64,000 bases of DNA from Candidatus Bathyarchaeota archaeon (GCA_963782525.1 CAWAKC010000003.1:288001-352000); one strand, 5' to 3'. Counted from the stretch's first letter, positions 9,346 to 20,127 are shown. Notes: generated by a model not told the origin, from the letters alone. Numbers and translations are program-made.

Positions 9346-9639
9346 CTTTTAGTCGGGTCCACACCTAAAATACCCGTTGAAGCGCACACTTAGACTCTGT
9401 TTTGCAAACTTTAGCCATACGGAAATAGCAAGACAAATATTCTGAGGAATTTGAAACCAAGAATTCGGTGTGGTTTTACACAAGCTATCAAAAAAAGAAA
9501 AGATGCATTTATCATGAAGATTGACAAAGCTTAGTTTCCCAGTACATACTTCAATATTAAGAGGCGCATATCGCTCCACCTTGTTTCATTAAGAAAATAC
9601 GTTTTTGTTTAGCTTAAAACCAAAAGTAGTCGTTTCGCA

Positions 9640-10077
9640 CTATTTTTTTTCTTCTGTGGGTTTTTGTCCTTCTGATGTGGGTGTTCCTTGCTGCGGAAGT
9701 TGCGAAGTATTAGCATACCCTGTTGAGAAAGGTGATTGGAATTTGCCAATGTTTTCTCTGATGATTCCGTATGCTTGTTCCGCAAGCGAATTTGGTAATT
9801 GACCTAACTCCAAAATTTTTTCGTCCCGTTTAACTGTTAGCTTGATGGTGGACCGCAAGATCCCTTTGTCTAACACTACATTTGTGATGTCTCTGTAACT
9901 GTAATCAGTGTAATCCTTCTTCAAGCCAAGCGCATGGGGATGCCGAAGAATTACCCGTTCGTTGGTAATTATTACGGAGTCTATGTTGATTTGGGGGTGG
10001 AATATTTTTTCTTTAATGTATAGCTCAACTTTTTCGTTTGAGCCAATTATGTTTTTGATATCGTCGGGAGTAGACAT
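9640..10077 (-). CDS. Bacterial-type PH domain protein
   Basis: 'IITNERVIL...DYTDYSYRDITNVVLDKGIL' bPH signature. Confidence 0.8.
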   Translation of the reverse strand: MSTPDDIKNIIGSNEKVELYIKEKIFHPQINIDSVIITNERVILRHPHALGLKKDYTDYSYRDITNVVLDKGILRSTIKLTVKRDEKILELGQLPNSLAEQAYGIIRENIGKFQSPFSTGYANTSQLPQQGTPTSEGQKPTEEKK

Positions 10078-10098
10078 TATAAGATCACCTTACAGTTC

Positions 10099-10506
10099 TT
10101 AGATTTTTGGGAAAAACGGCGCCGGATATGCTAATCCGAACAGAGCCCCAATTATTATGCTTAAGACGATAAAGATGACCCATGCTAGAATTGCTATGAG
10201 AATTGCTCTAAGCCAGCCTGTTTGGAAACTTGCTTTGAAAACCCAAATCCAAGCGATAAGCGCTAAAATGTAGCCGAAAATCAAAGCCGAAGCTCCTAGG
10301 AAAAAGCCCACCAAAAAGACCACAACGAAGTAGACGATTGGTCCGGCAAGCGTTGCCAGTAAAGCATCTCCAAAAGTCGCTTTTCCACCAGTTACCGCCT
10401 TTCCCGCAAGCCAAACTGGAATAGAAACAATTATCCAAAGAATAATCAGCCCTATTAAAGTATAAAGTATGCCTGGAAAAGACACATCAAAACCAGCTAT
10501 AATCAA
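10099..10506 (-). CDS. Small multi-TM membrane protein
   Basis: 4 TM; 'FGDAL' and 'FQTGWLRA' motifs; paralog of 24548-24970. Confidence 0.75.
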   Translation of the reverse strand: MIIAGFDVSFPGILYTLIGLIILWIIVSIPVWLAGKAVTGGKATFGDALLATLAGPIVYFVVVFLVGFFLGASALIFGYILALIAWIWVFKASFQTGWLRAILIAILAWVIFIVLSIIIGALFGLAYPAPFFPKI

Positions 10507-10652
10507 TTAAAAATCCTCAAGTTACCTTAAGTTAGACGCTTTAGTTAAAGTTTGCTGTTGTAGATAGCCACAGCAGGCTGAGTTTGAGATAAGCCTTACT
10601 CTTTACTTAGTCACCAGAAAGAAATGAGTAATAAAAATTAATAATGCCATGG

Positions 10653-12080
10653 CTATAGCGAAGATAGTAATTTACTGCGCATTGGTCTCAACAAATGCCC
10701 GAAAAAATTAAGTACGTATTTTCTGGCTGCCCACAAGAGCCCTGATAACAGCACCAGAAAACCCAGAAACTGAACGGTTAAGAGTATATTGTTTTGATTG
10801 ATTGGGGAATCTACGTGGAAGGCGTAGCCGAAATCTATGTTGGGTTGGACTCGGAAAATCATGTATGATGCGGTTGCAAGTTTTTGTGCGGTTGCCATGT
10901 TGGCGAGAAGCGTCGTCGTTACCAAGAATAAACCCACAGCGCTAATCGCAACTAAGAGGGCTCTCTTTGCTTTCGTTGAATGCTTAGCTGATTTTAAAAG
11001 CAAAATCGTTTTGGTCGCCAACGAGCCTGCTGCTAAACTGAAGAAGGGCAGAGATTGGTAGATGTATTTGATGGCGCTGTTGTAGGGGGCTTTCAAGTTG
11101 AGGTTAACCGCCATATACGCCACTAAACCCAACGTGAAGAGTATGGTTGCGATGCAGATTAGGTCGGAAATAGCAGTTTGCTTTGAGAGACGTTTCCAAA
11201 AAACCATCCCAACACCGAAGGAAAAGATGACCGCTACTACAAAAAAGACGCCTAATCCGTCGCTTAACAAGAAATTTGGTATGAACATATAGGAGACGGG
11301 TATGTTTGGAAAATTTAGGTCATTGAAGTCGTTGTGCTGAATCAAGTAGAAAAAACCTTTTCCCATAATGATTTGGTACCACAGCACAGTTGAGAACAAT
11401 GCGGGCAAACTAAATACGCCAAGTTGACCGACGATTTGTCTTTTATTGTTTGGTCTATGAGTGAGGTATAGAAGCAGCAAGGGAATAAGCATGAAAACAG
11501 CAAACAGCTTAGTAAGCAGTGCAGCTGCAAAGAATATGCCTGCCACTCCTGCAAACTTCACTGAGTCTTTGCGGATGGCCAAGATTCCAAAAAAGAGGTA
11601 AATGAGGCTGAAAAGCAGGCATTGGACGTCTATGAGAAAACTGCGGCTCAGGATGAGTTCCCAAGGCGCCAGAGCAAAGAAGACCGCGGCAAACAAGCCG
11701 GTGGTTTCGTTGTAGAGTTCCTTTCCGACCAAATATACTGCGACGATACAAGCTAACCCAAACAGTGTAATCAACGCCACTCCATTCGACACTGAGAAAC
11801 CGAAAACGTGGAAGACTGCGGCCTCTGTGTAGAATCCCAATGGTGGCTCGTTGAAGAGATTGCCCCATGCATTGATGTATGGGTAGCCCCATCTGAGGAC
11901 ACCTTGGGCAGTAGAGAATTCTAGGTCAGTGTCAAGGGTTAGGTAGGGACCCATCGCGATGGAGATAAGTGTTACTCCGATTAAGATGGCTAAGAGGGGA
12001 TAATATTTTTTCAGTAGGTTCCTTAGGTTATGCTTGCCCAACATATGTATTATTTTATTTTGGAGCTTAACGGTCTCCAT
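10653..12080 (-). CDS. GT-C glycosyltransferase (ArnT/PMT, family 39/83-like)
   Basis: Multi-TM; 'EPPLG', 'VYLVGKELY...GLFAA', 'LLTK' motifs. Confidence 0.8.
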   Translation of the reverse strand: METVKLQNKIIHMLGKHNLRNLLKKYYPLLAILIGVTLISIAMGPYLTLDTDLEFSTAQGVLRWGYPYINAWGNLFNEPPLGFYTEAAVFHVFGFSVSNGVALITLFGLACIVAVYLVGKELYNETTGLFAAVFFALAPWELILSRSFLIDVQCLLFSLIYLFFGILAIRKDSVKFAGVAGIFFAAALLTKLFAVFMLIPLLLLYLTHRPNNKRQIVGQLGVFSLPALFSTVLWYQIIMGKGFFYLIQHNDFNDLNFPNIPVSYMFIPNFLLSDGLGVFFVVAVIFSFGVGMVFWKRLSKQTAISDLICIATILFTLGLVAYMAVNLNLKAPYNSAIKYIYQSLPFFSLAAGSLATKTILLLKSAKHSTKAKRALLVAISAVGLFLVTTTLLANMATAQKLATASYMIFRVQPNIDFGYAFHVDSPINQNNILLTVQFLGFLVLLSGLLWAARKYVLNFFGHLLRPMRSKLLSSL

Positions 12081-12145
12081 AGCGAGTTAGCTTTCCCGAC
12101 TCCTAAAGGCGTGCGATTAAAAAATAAAACTTTCCTATAAATGGG

Positions 12146-12622
12146 TTAGCCGAATAAGCTGAATATTAGCTGACCAAGAAAATGGCTGATGACGATTACG
12201 GGGATTGCGATGCCGAGGTGGATAATTACTTCTCTTATAGTGCTGGTTTTATTTTGAACGCCTATCATGTAACTCAGAAAAACCAATATCCCCAACCCAA
12301 TTATCGTACAGAAAACAGCGGCGTAATCCAGCGGCAGAAACGCAAACAGAACAACGAAAGTCAGGGTGATTCCAAAGCGGGTGATGAAGTTGCTGATGGT
12401 GAACATTCGTGTGTTCTCTTTTTTGGTTGCAGTTGATTCTCTGTAGATGTGGATGCCCAAAGAATCGGCGATGTTATCTGCGACTGCTATAACCAGCAAA
12501 GAACCAATCACGCTGGCTTGGGGGTTGCCTGAGGTCAGTAGCCCAAAAATTATTCCCAGGCTTGTAACGGTTGAGGACGTGGCGCCGAAACTAAATTTGC
12601 TAGGATCCTTGGGCATTTTCAT
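12146..12622 (-). CDS. VIT1/CCC1-like membrane protein
   Basis: 'FGATS...LG..FG...IAVADNIADSLGIH..RES' motif, multi-TM. Confidence 0.65.
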   Translation of the reverse strand: MKMPKDPSKFSFGATSSTVTSLGIIFGLLTSGNPQASVIGSLLVIAVADNIADSLGIHIYRESTATKKENTRMFTISNFITRFGITLTFVVLFAFLPLDYAAVFCTIIGLGILVFLSYMIGVQNKTSTIREVIIHLGIAIPVIVISHFLGQLIFSLFG

Positions 12623-12703
12623 AAAATTACCTTTTTCAGTTATTATGATTAAAACTGGAATTTATTCAATTGCATTTTTTTTAAAAAAAAATAAGGGGAA
12701 TTT

Positions 12704-13345
12704 TTAGACGGTTGTAGATTGAGCAGGGGGCATCATTGATTGCATCGATTGTTCCTGAGGTTTCAACGTAAAGAAAGCAATCGCCAGTATCAACGCGGAT
12801 ATCCACATCAAGAATATCCCAATGACGGGAATTATTGCACCTATGAGAAGGATAAGCCCGGCAGTTCCGAATAAGCCCACACTTGATTTGTTTGAAACCT
12901 GTTTTAACGAACGCCAAACGAAGAAAGCAGCGATTATAGCGAAAATCCAAACGATGACTAAAACCACAAGTATCCCTGCGATGAATGGAAAGATTGCGGT
13001 TGGATCAATATTATTCGTGTTTGGGGTCATGCCTTGAAGTGTTGACCAGTCACCGTTCCAGCCAGGATAGATTTGGGTTATAAAATCCTTTATGTTCGTT
13101 AGGACAACTGCAAAAGCGAGAACTGCCGCAACAATTCCGCCTATGATGGCTATAGCTACACCATACATTGCGTTGCTGAAGATGCCGCTTTCCTTGTAAA
13201 CGTTTGCGAAGTTATGCAAAGCAACCAGCACTAGAATTACGCCTACTAACCCGATTACCCACAAGTACTGTAGGAAGGGGATTACACCGATGAATAGCAG
13301 TATTGCACCAATGCCGCCTAAGGTTTTGCTTGATTCTAAAGTCAT
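12704..13345 (-). CDS. DUF996-family membrane protein
   Basis: 'LESSKTLGGIGAIL', 'LFGTAG', multi-TM. Confidence 0.8.
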   Translation of the reverse strand: MTLESSKTLGGIGAILLFIGVIPFLQYLWVIGLVGVILVLVALHNFANVYKESGIFSNAMYGVAIAIIGGIVAAVLAFAVVLTNIKDFITQIYPGWNGDWSTLQGMTPNTNNIDPTAIFPFIAGILVVLVIVWIFAIIAAFFVWRSLKQVSNKSSVGLFGTAGLILLIGAIIPVIGIFLMWISALILAIAFFTLKPQEQSMQSMMPPAQSTTV

Positions 13346-13455
13346 TTGTTATTCCTCTATATTTCTGTCACAGGACTAAAGATAAAAGCTTTTTTATGCA
13401 ACACCATGGCGATGAAAATTAGCTTTATTAAAAGTATGTTACAGAAAATGTTGGT

Positions 13456-13773
13456 CTATGTGCTCGCCAGTTGCCCCTGCAGGATGCTGTAATATGTTTG
13501 AAGGTAGATTTTGCCGTTTTCCGTTACAGTGTACACTTTTCTGGCGCGTCCATCTTTTTGCTGTTTTTTGCTTTCTACAAGGCCTTTGCGTTCTAATTCG
13601 TTTAGCGTGGGGTAGAGTGCGCCGTGGCGTAGTTTGATGTTAAAGTCAGTTTCTACCTGTTTTTTTATCTTATATCCCCATGTTGGCTCAGCTTGGATGA
13701 TGCGTAATAGCTGGATGTCTAGGAGGTTTCTGATTATGTGTTGTACAATTTCTTTTTTGTAGGTTTCTGACAT
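13456..13773 (-). CDS. PadR-family transcriptional regulator
   Basis: 'WGYKI...GALYPTLNELERKGLV...RKVYTVTENG'. Confidence 0.9.
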   Translation of the reverse strand: MSETYKKEIVQHIIRNLLDIQLLRIIQAEPTWGYKIKKQVETDFNIKLRHGALYPTLNELERKGLVESKKQQKDGRARKVYTVTENGKIYLQTYYSILQGQLAST

Positions 13774-13941
13774 TTGGTTTCCTTGTTCGGGGTTGTTTGT
13801 GTATGGGTTGTATGGGTTGATGTTTGGATTTATTTAGGTTATGTTAATTTTTTTGGTGGTTGTATTGCGGGGTTATGTTTTGGTATGCTTTGGTTATGTC
13901 TGAGGCTTTATATCGGGGTTCAGTATAACTATGTAATCAAG

Positions 13942-13963
13942 ATATGTCCGAATAAAGACATAT
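13942..13963. promoter_or_regulatory. Inverted repeat, putative PadR operator
   Basis: ATATGTC-N8-GACATAT between the divergent padR genes; similar site at 42733-42753. Confidence 0.55.
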
Positions 13964-14025
13964 TGTATACAAGTATAACAGAAAAACTGTTCTACAAAAA
14001 TACACAAAGTCGGGGAGAAGAAAAA

Positions 14026-14433
14026 ATGTTTAAACCAAACTCACAAAAAGAGGTTTCAACCAAACTAATGAAAGGACTGCTAGATCTAATAATCCTGCAA
14101 TTCCTCAGCACCGAACCCATGCACGGCTACCAAATCATCACAAAAATACGCAAAACCTTCGGCGTCTACTTCGGACCCAGCACCATCTACCCACTGCTAG
14201 GCACGCTGGAAAAGAAAGGATTCGTAGACAGCGTTTGGAACACCGATTTTGAGCGACCTAGAAAAGTCTACAAGCTAACAGCTGATGGACAGAGCATGCT
14301 AAACTACACTGAAGACTCATTGAATTTGATTCGCAGAAAAATAACGACAACAACCAACTCAGAAATAATGCAGCCAACCGTCAGCATGATAGCCACCAAG
14401 AGCAGAAAAACCTTAACATTAGAAGTACCTTAA
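14026..14433 (+). CDS. PadR-family transcriptional regulator
   Basis: 'MHGYQII...GPSTIYPLL..LEKKG...RPRKVYKLT'; true start MFKPN at 14026 after a GGGGAG RBS. Confidence 0.9.
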   Translation: MFKPNSQKEVSTKLMKGLLDLIILQFLSTEPMHGYQIITKIRKTFGVYFGPSTIYPLLGTLEKKGFVDSVWNTDFERPRKVYKLTADGQSMLNYTEDSLNLIRRKITTTTNSEIMQPTVSMIATKSRKTLTLEVP

Positions 14434-14570
14434 AACTGGCAAGTAATCTCAAGCTTGCAAGCAATTTTATCTCCAAACTGAATTTCTAAAATATAAGAAT
14501 CAGTTCTCTTTCCAAAAACTTGTTTTAAATACATCTACATATAATTGCTATGTACGTTTAGGGTGAACAG

Positions 14571-16292
14571 TTGAAGGAAGCAGAAAGTGAAACCTCCGAT
14601 TTAACCAGCCAAACTCTTGAGTTTTGTAGACACATCGCTGGTTCATCCAAAATCGCTTCTATAGCAATTGTAGATAATTATTCAATGAAAAATCCAAGCG
14701 AACGGCCAATCCACGAAGTAATGCTCATTATCCACAATTTTCAGCCTCGACTGATGCGTTACTTCAAAACAATCAATAACAAAACCATTTTTGTCTTTGC
14801 TGTTGACCAATGGATATTTGAGCGTGACGTTGACAGGGGGTTTCTAGGTGAAGCTATTGCGAGTAAACTTATTTTTCCTTATTCAAGCATTCAAGGCGAG
14901 GGCTATTTGCATGAAAAAGAGGTTGCGCTTAAGAAACGTTTGATTGTAGAGTTACTGGAGAATCTGGTTGTGAATTTTCCTGAGCTTGCCGAGAGCATCC
15001 AGATTAAACCCCAGTACTTCATGTATGAAATATTTTCTAATCGAACCAGAGTTTTCCCATTAATCGCTTATGACCTTGCAAAATTAACTAGTTGCCTTCT
15101 GCAAGATGAAGAGGAAGCGCTCAAAGGGTATAACCAAGCACTAAAACAGCTTGAAGCAGAAGAGAAAATCGTCAGCGTAAACGGCTACATAACTATATCA
15201 AAGAAATTCATCAATCAATGCCAAGACCCAAGAATAAAAATAATCAACCTTTCCAAGAATATGCCTCGCACACTCTTCACATCCATCTTCGGCGTCCTCC
15301 CTCAACTCATGAACATGGTCTCCGAAAACATCGAGGCTTTTCTCAGGACACAAAAAATCAATTGGAAGCGCCAACCTGATTCAAGCTGTTCGTATATTGA
15401 TCCGCAGAAATACGTTTTTTTCCCAACCTCAGAAGGGCTTGTTTCACTCTCCGATAAGATTGACATCAAAGGCTTTGCGGAAAAGATGCTCCTTAATGGA
15501 GAGAACACAAACATCGAGGTTGAACCTGTCGGCGGCATGTTAAACGACGTTTACTTAATCAAAACTTATGGGAAAGGCAGTGAAACCAAAGTCTTAGCGA
15601 AGCGTTTTAAAGATTGGTCGGGTCTAAAATGGTTCCCCTTAACACTGTGGTCTTTTGGAGCCCGATCGTTTGCCGTTGCAGGTCAAGCTCGTTTGGCAAA
15701 GGAATATGCGATAAGTGAGTTTTTGTACAGCGAAGGATTTAATGTCCCAAAAATTTTGCATGTAAGCAATGCAGAACGCATTATTTTCATGGAGTACATT
15801 GATGGGGAAAACCTTAGTGAAGCCATTAAAAGGTTGGCAACGTCAAAAGACCCCGCAACAACTGCGAATGTTTGTGATACAGTTGGCAGAGTAGGCGAGA
15901 TATTTGCCCTTGTTCATTCCCACAACGTTGCCTTAGGCGACACCAAACCAGATAATGTACTCATAAAGGAAGATGGCACAATTTTCCTGATTGATTTTGA
16001 GCAAGCGACAAAAGACGGCGACCAAGCATGGGACGTAGCAGTTTTCCTCTATTACAGCGGGCACTATCTTCAACCGTTCTACAGCAACGCTAAAGCTGAA
16101 GCCGTCGCCAAAGCATTCATAGCCGGCTACCTAAAAGGCGGCGGAAACATAATCAATGTTAAAAAAGCCGGGTCACCCAAATACACGAGGGTTTTCAGCA
16201 TCTTCACACCGCCTCCAACAATGCGCGTTATTTCAGATATCTGCAAAAAAACAGGAAAAAAGGAAGAAAAAATACTTGGTCAATTAAACTGA
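14571..16292 (+). CDS. Atypical kinase (RIO/Kdo/Bud32-like) fused to a large N-terminal domain (nucleotidyltransferase-like)
   Basis: 'NVPKIL..IFMEYIDG', catalytic loop 'GDTKPDN', 'IDFE'. Confidence 0.75.
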   Translation: MKEAESETSDLTSQTLEFCRHIAGSSKIASIAIVDNYSMKNPSERPIHEVMLIIHNFQPRLMRYFKTINNKTIFVFAVDQWIFERDVDRGFLGEAIASKLIFPYSSIQGEGYLHEKEVALKKRLIVELLENLVVNFPELAESIQIKPQYFMYEIFSNRTRVFPLIAYDLAKLTSCLLQDEEEALKGYNQALKQLEAEEKIVSVNGYITISKKFINQCQDPRIKIINLSKNMPRTLFTSIFGVLPQLMNMVSENIEAFLRTQKINWKRQPDSSCSYIDPQKYVFFPTSEGLVSLSDKIDIKGFAEKMLLNGENTNIEVEPVGGMLNDVYLIKTYGKGSETKVLAKRFKDWSGLKWFPLTLWSFGARSFAVAGQARLAKEYAISEFLYSEGFNVPKILHVSNAERIIFMEYIDGENLSEAIKRLATSKDPATTANVCDTVGRVGEIFALVHSHNVALGDTKPDNVLIKEDGTIFLIDFEQATKDGDQAWDVAVFLYYSGHYLQPFYSNAKAEAVAKAFIAGYLKGGGNIINVKKAGSPKYTRVFSIFTPPPTMRVISDICKKTGKKEEKILGQLN

Positions 16293-16555
16293 CCTTCTAT
16301 AGCTGATACAACGAGATAGGTGGAAGCAAAAACTCCTCCAAAGACCAAGGAACCAAGTTTTCTTGGATTTTGGCCAATCCTTCAATTTAGCGACAAATTC
16401 ACAAATAGTCGAAATGGTCAAGGAAATTAAGCCAAACCCACTTTATGGTGCACACTGAAAATCAGCAACTATTCAAAAAATACTAAAACAACGTGCTACC
16501 GATTAATGAAGCAAAAGAGTATTTCTTGGCTTAATTAACAATCAACTATCCGGCA

Positions 16556-16885
16556 TCACGGGTAGCGGTCGTCACACTGCCAAGGCTCAGGCTGCTCAGC
16601 TGTTGACGTTTCAGCACTTTCTTCAAAGCTGCCAAGAAGAACAAGGTGTTTCTTGCTCTTCACAGGAACAAACTTTTTGGATTGTAATTTCTAGCAAACA
16701 ATTGCAATATAAGAGCTCAACAATGTTGGCTGTTGATTGTTCGATGCTCGAAGAAGCCTGACATTAGGTAGTAGAGACAACTTGCTTGAATTTTTTAATG
16801 GCGGAAAACATGTTTTCGGCGTCTTCGAAGTTTCGAAGCAGCTCAGAAATACGGGTGTCTCCTCGACTTGAGGAGAACTAAGAAT
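16556..16885 (-). CDS. Putative hypothetical protein with one in-frame TAG (16691-16693)
   Basis: GGAGGTGG RBS then ATT start; 64 codons, TAG, then 44 codons ending ...EPWQCDDRYP. Confidence 0.4.
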
Positions 16886-16948
16886 AAACCACCTCCCGCT
16901 CGGAAGAGTTATTTACCTAAATTAGAATTATTTACTTGAGGATTTTTC

Positions 16949-17233
16949 ATGAGTCAATTCTATTATAAGGGCTTATACAGAGTTAAGGTTGTAACGGAAA
17001 GTGAAGGCTACTGGATTGTTGAAGCGTTAGAAGACTTTAAGGATTGTATTGAAGGCGAAAAGGTCCCTGTTAAAGTAGGCGAAACACGTATCGTGCAACC
17101 GAACGATGTGATAAAGAAAGATGATTTGCCGCCAATGGTGCCTGAACATGCTTATGAGCTACAGTTGGAAAAGAAAGTAAAACGCATGGTTACAGAATAC
17201 GAAAAAGAAAAGAAAAAAGAGACCCAAGGTTAA
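16949..17233 (+). CDS. Hypothetical protein
   Basis: GAGG RBS, ATG start, 94 aa with protein-like composition. Confidence 0.7.
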   Translation: MSQFYYKGLYRVKVVTESEGYWIVEALEDFKDCIEGEKVPVKVGETRIVQPNDVIKKDDLPPMVPEHAYELQLEKKVKRMVTEYEKEKKKETQG

Positions 17234-18451
17234 CTTTGGAGATTTTGCGGAATGGGAAATCTGAGAGTGAATTTTACGCCCTTTCCTTTCTCGCTCTCGA
17301 AACCTACAGTTCCACCCATCGCTTCAGTCAATTTTTTAACTACAGGTAAACCGAAGCCCTGACCTTTGGCCTTTGTAGTGAAAAGGGGAGTGAAAATTTT
17401 AGCTTTAGCTTCATCAGACATGCCGTCCCCAGTATCCTCAACGCTGATTAACGCTTTATCTGGATCGCATACGGCAGAGACAATTAATTTTCCTCCTTTA
17501 GGCATAGCTTGTATTGCATTGGAAATCAGGTTTGTAAGAATTCGTTTTAAGTAGGAAGCGTCTATTTTAAGATTTGGATAATCTTTCTGAATGGTAAGGG
17601 AACACTTAATGTCTGAGGTTAGAGGGATGAAAGTTAATACTTCTTTAATAGTTTTTTCAACGTCGACTTCTGCAATTTGCGGGGCAGTCGTTCTGGCGAT
17701 GTCTTGAAGATCGGCCACTATCTTGTTTATATAAAATAACTGTTCCTCAATAAATGCAATACTTTCTTTAAGGTTTTTCTTAGAGCCATCATCAGACAAC
17801 TCTTCCACTTCGGCCTTTGCCAAGTAAAGCTCGCTGACAATTGATTGAAGCGGGTTTCTGATGTCGTGACCAACCATGCCTGCAGTTTTGCCGATGGTAG
17901 CTAAGCTTTCAGATTGCACTATTTTTTGTGCTTGCTCTTTAACAAGCGTCTCCAAGTCTTCAGTATGGAGCTTCTTCTCTGCTTCCCATTTTTTCATCTC
18001 AGTGATGTCTGAAAAGGATAGGACGGCTCCAAAGATTTTCTTATCGCCAGTTATGTAGGGTCGGATTCGCATTTGATACCAGTGGTTTCTATCGTTAATT
18101 TCATGTCTAACAGTACTTAGCCTGCGAATCGATGTCAGGAGTAGCTTTTCCAAGTCTTCTACGTGAATTGCCAGGCGCACTTCAGTGATTGGATGTTCTA
18201 CATCTGAGGGCGTAACGCGTAAAAGTTCTTGAGCTGAAGCGGTAAACCGTTTTATTTTAAGGTCGGCATCTACGATAACTACGGCAGTATCGATGTTGTC
18301 CATTAGGTTAGCAAGGTCATCGTTTAAATGAGAAAGGGTTTGGTTTCTGTTCTTGAGTTCATCGTTTAATGTTGTTAATTCTTCGTTAGCGGACTGCAAC
18401 TCTTCTTTGGATGTTTCCAATTCTTCGTTTGTGCTCATAAGCTCTTCATTA
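17230..18451 (-). pseudogene. 3' half (coiled coil-PAS-HisKA-HATPase) of an IS-disrupted CheB/CheR-PAS histidine kinase gene
   Basis: 'NEELETSKEELQSANEEL', H-box 'HDIRNPL', N/G boxes 'NAIQAM', 'DTGDG', 'FTTK..GQGFGL'. Confidence 0.88.
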
Positions 18452-20127
18452 GAGACTGTGTGAAAAGTCTGCTCTAACTCGTCTATTATGCCGTTAACCT
18501 TAAATCTAGACCCTTCGCCCATAACAAACAAGACCAAAATAAGTGAGCAGACAATGAACGATGAAACCGACAGCTATGTAGAAGGCTTATCCAGAAACCA
18601 AACGTTCCTACTGCCCAAAACCATAGAAGAATACGTAGAACCAGACAACCCAGTCAGATTCATAGACGCCTACGTAAACACGCTGGACATGGAAAAGTTA
18701 GGCTTCACCCACTCAACACCACAAGACCTTGGAAGACCATCATACAACCCAAAAGATCTCTGTAAACTCTATCTCTACGGAGGCCTAAACCACATCCGAT
18801 CAAGCAGAAAGCTAGAACGAGAATGCAAAACAAACCTTGAGGCAATGTGGCTGCTCAAAGGCTTAGCACCCGATTTTAAAACCATAGCGGATTTTAGAAA
18901 AGACAACCCAGCAGCCATATGCGCCTTGTTCAAAGATTTTGTAGCTTTCTTAAAAGATCTCAGTCTCTATGGAGCAAAACAAGTAACCGTAGATGGCACC
19001 AAACTTCGGGCCGTCAACTCCAATGATAAAGCCTTTACCCAACGAGCGCTTGCAAAGAGAATAAAGGTCATGGAAAAATCAGTAAAACACTACCTAGACG
19101 AGTTAGATGCTGCAGATGAGCAGGAAGCATCTGACGAGCAACAAGCAAGTAGCGAGTCAGGTGAAGTGGCGAAGGCTTTTATGGTAGACAAATTGGCTGC
19201 GTTGCTTGAGAAAAAAGAAAAGAGCCAAGAAATCCTTGGTAAAATAGAAAAGAGTGGTCAAAAGGAAGTTGCTCTAACTGATCTGGATTGTCGGCAGATG
19301 ATGAATCATGGCAGAGTTGAATCCTGCTATAACATGCAGGCAGCAGTGGATTCAAAAAACCATCTCATCGTCAACTACCTGGTGACTAACGAAGCTTCAG
19401 ACCTAAATCAGCTCAGCGGAGTAGCTATAAGCGCAAAAGAAACACTAGGAGTAGAGCAGATTGATTGTATTTCTGATAAAGGTTATTTTGACTTCATGCA
19501 GATTAAGCAATGTGTTGACAGTGGGGTTACGCCTTATGTTGCAGTGAAGAGATCTGGAAGCGGTGGCGGTCTTGTGTCTCCGGAGTTTACTGCTGACAAA
19601 TTCCGTTATGATAAGAGTGCTGATGTGTATGTTTGTCCAGCTGGGCGGCGTCTTTTGTTTTATTGTTTGAGCGTTCGTGAAGGGATTGAGATGCGTATTT
19701 ACAGATGCCAGAAAGGTGTTTGCTCTTCATGCCAATTTTTTATGACTAAGTGCACAGGCAATAAGGTAGGTCGGGTAATTTGGCGGTGGGTGCACGAAGA
19801 AGTTGTCGATGATATGAGAAAGCGGATGAAATTGCATCCAGAGATTATGGGTGAACGCAAAAAAGTGATTGAGCATACGTTTGGAACTTTGAAGAGAGCG
19901 TTTGGTGCTCCATATTTGCTGCTTAAAGGTCTTCGCAAGGTTAGTGGGGAGGTTGGGTTGCTTTTGTTTTCTTATAATTTGAGGAGAGCTCTAAACATTC
20001 TTGGGGTTGAAGCTCTAATCCAAGCGCTTGTTAAAAAATAAAGAATAAGAGAAAGTAAAATCTCAAAAAGTATTAAGTACTTTTTCAAGTTAACAACTGG
20101 CCGCTGCGCTATTTTTTACACGGTCTC
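18452..20127 (+). mobile_element. IS1182-family insertion sequence, 1676 bp
   Basis: Imperfect TIRs GAGACTGTGTGAAAA / TTTTTACACGGTCTC; ATTA target duplication at 18448-18451 and 20128-20131. Confidence 0.92.
18488..20041 (+). CDS. IS1182-family DDE transposase
   Basis: 'GRPSYNP...SSRKLE...PDFKTIADFR', 'VDGTK', 'YNMQ', 'DKGY', 'CPAG', 'EHTFGTLK', 'YNLRR'; start may be 18554. Confidence 0.92.
   Translation: MPLTLNLDPSPITNKTKISEQTMNDETDSYVEGLSRNQTFLLPKTIEEYVEPDNPVRFIDAYVNTLDMEKLGFTHSTPQDLGRPSYNPKDLCKLYLYGGLNHIRSSRKLERECKTNLEAMWLLKGLAPDFKTIADFRKDNPAAICALFKDFVAFLKDLSLYGAKQVTVDGTKLRAVNSNDKAFTQRALAKRIKVMEKSVKHYLDELDAADEQEASDEQQASSESGEVAKAFMVDKLAALLEKKEKSQEILGKIEKSGQKEVALTDLDCRQMMNHGRVESCYNMQAAVDSKNHLIVNYLVTNEASDLNQLSGVAISAKETLGVEQIDCISDKGYFDFMQIKQCVDSGVTPYVAVKRSGSGGGLVSPEFTADKFRYDKSADVYVCPAGRRLLFYCLSVREGIEMRIYRCQKGVCSSCQFFMTKCTGNKVGRVIWRWVHEEVVDDMRKRMKLHPEIMGERKKVIEHTFGTLKRAFGAPYLLLKGLRKVSGEVGLLLFSYNLRRALNILGVEALIQALVKK

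Noticed and set aside
13774-14025. N-terminal extension of PadR in the ORF track
   Set aside because: G/T-rich promoter region; the RBS and the paralog indicate a start at 14026
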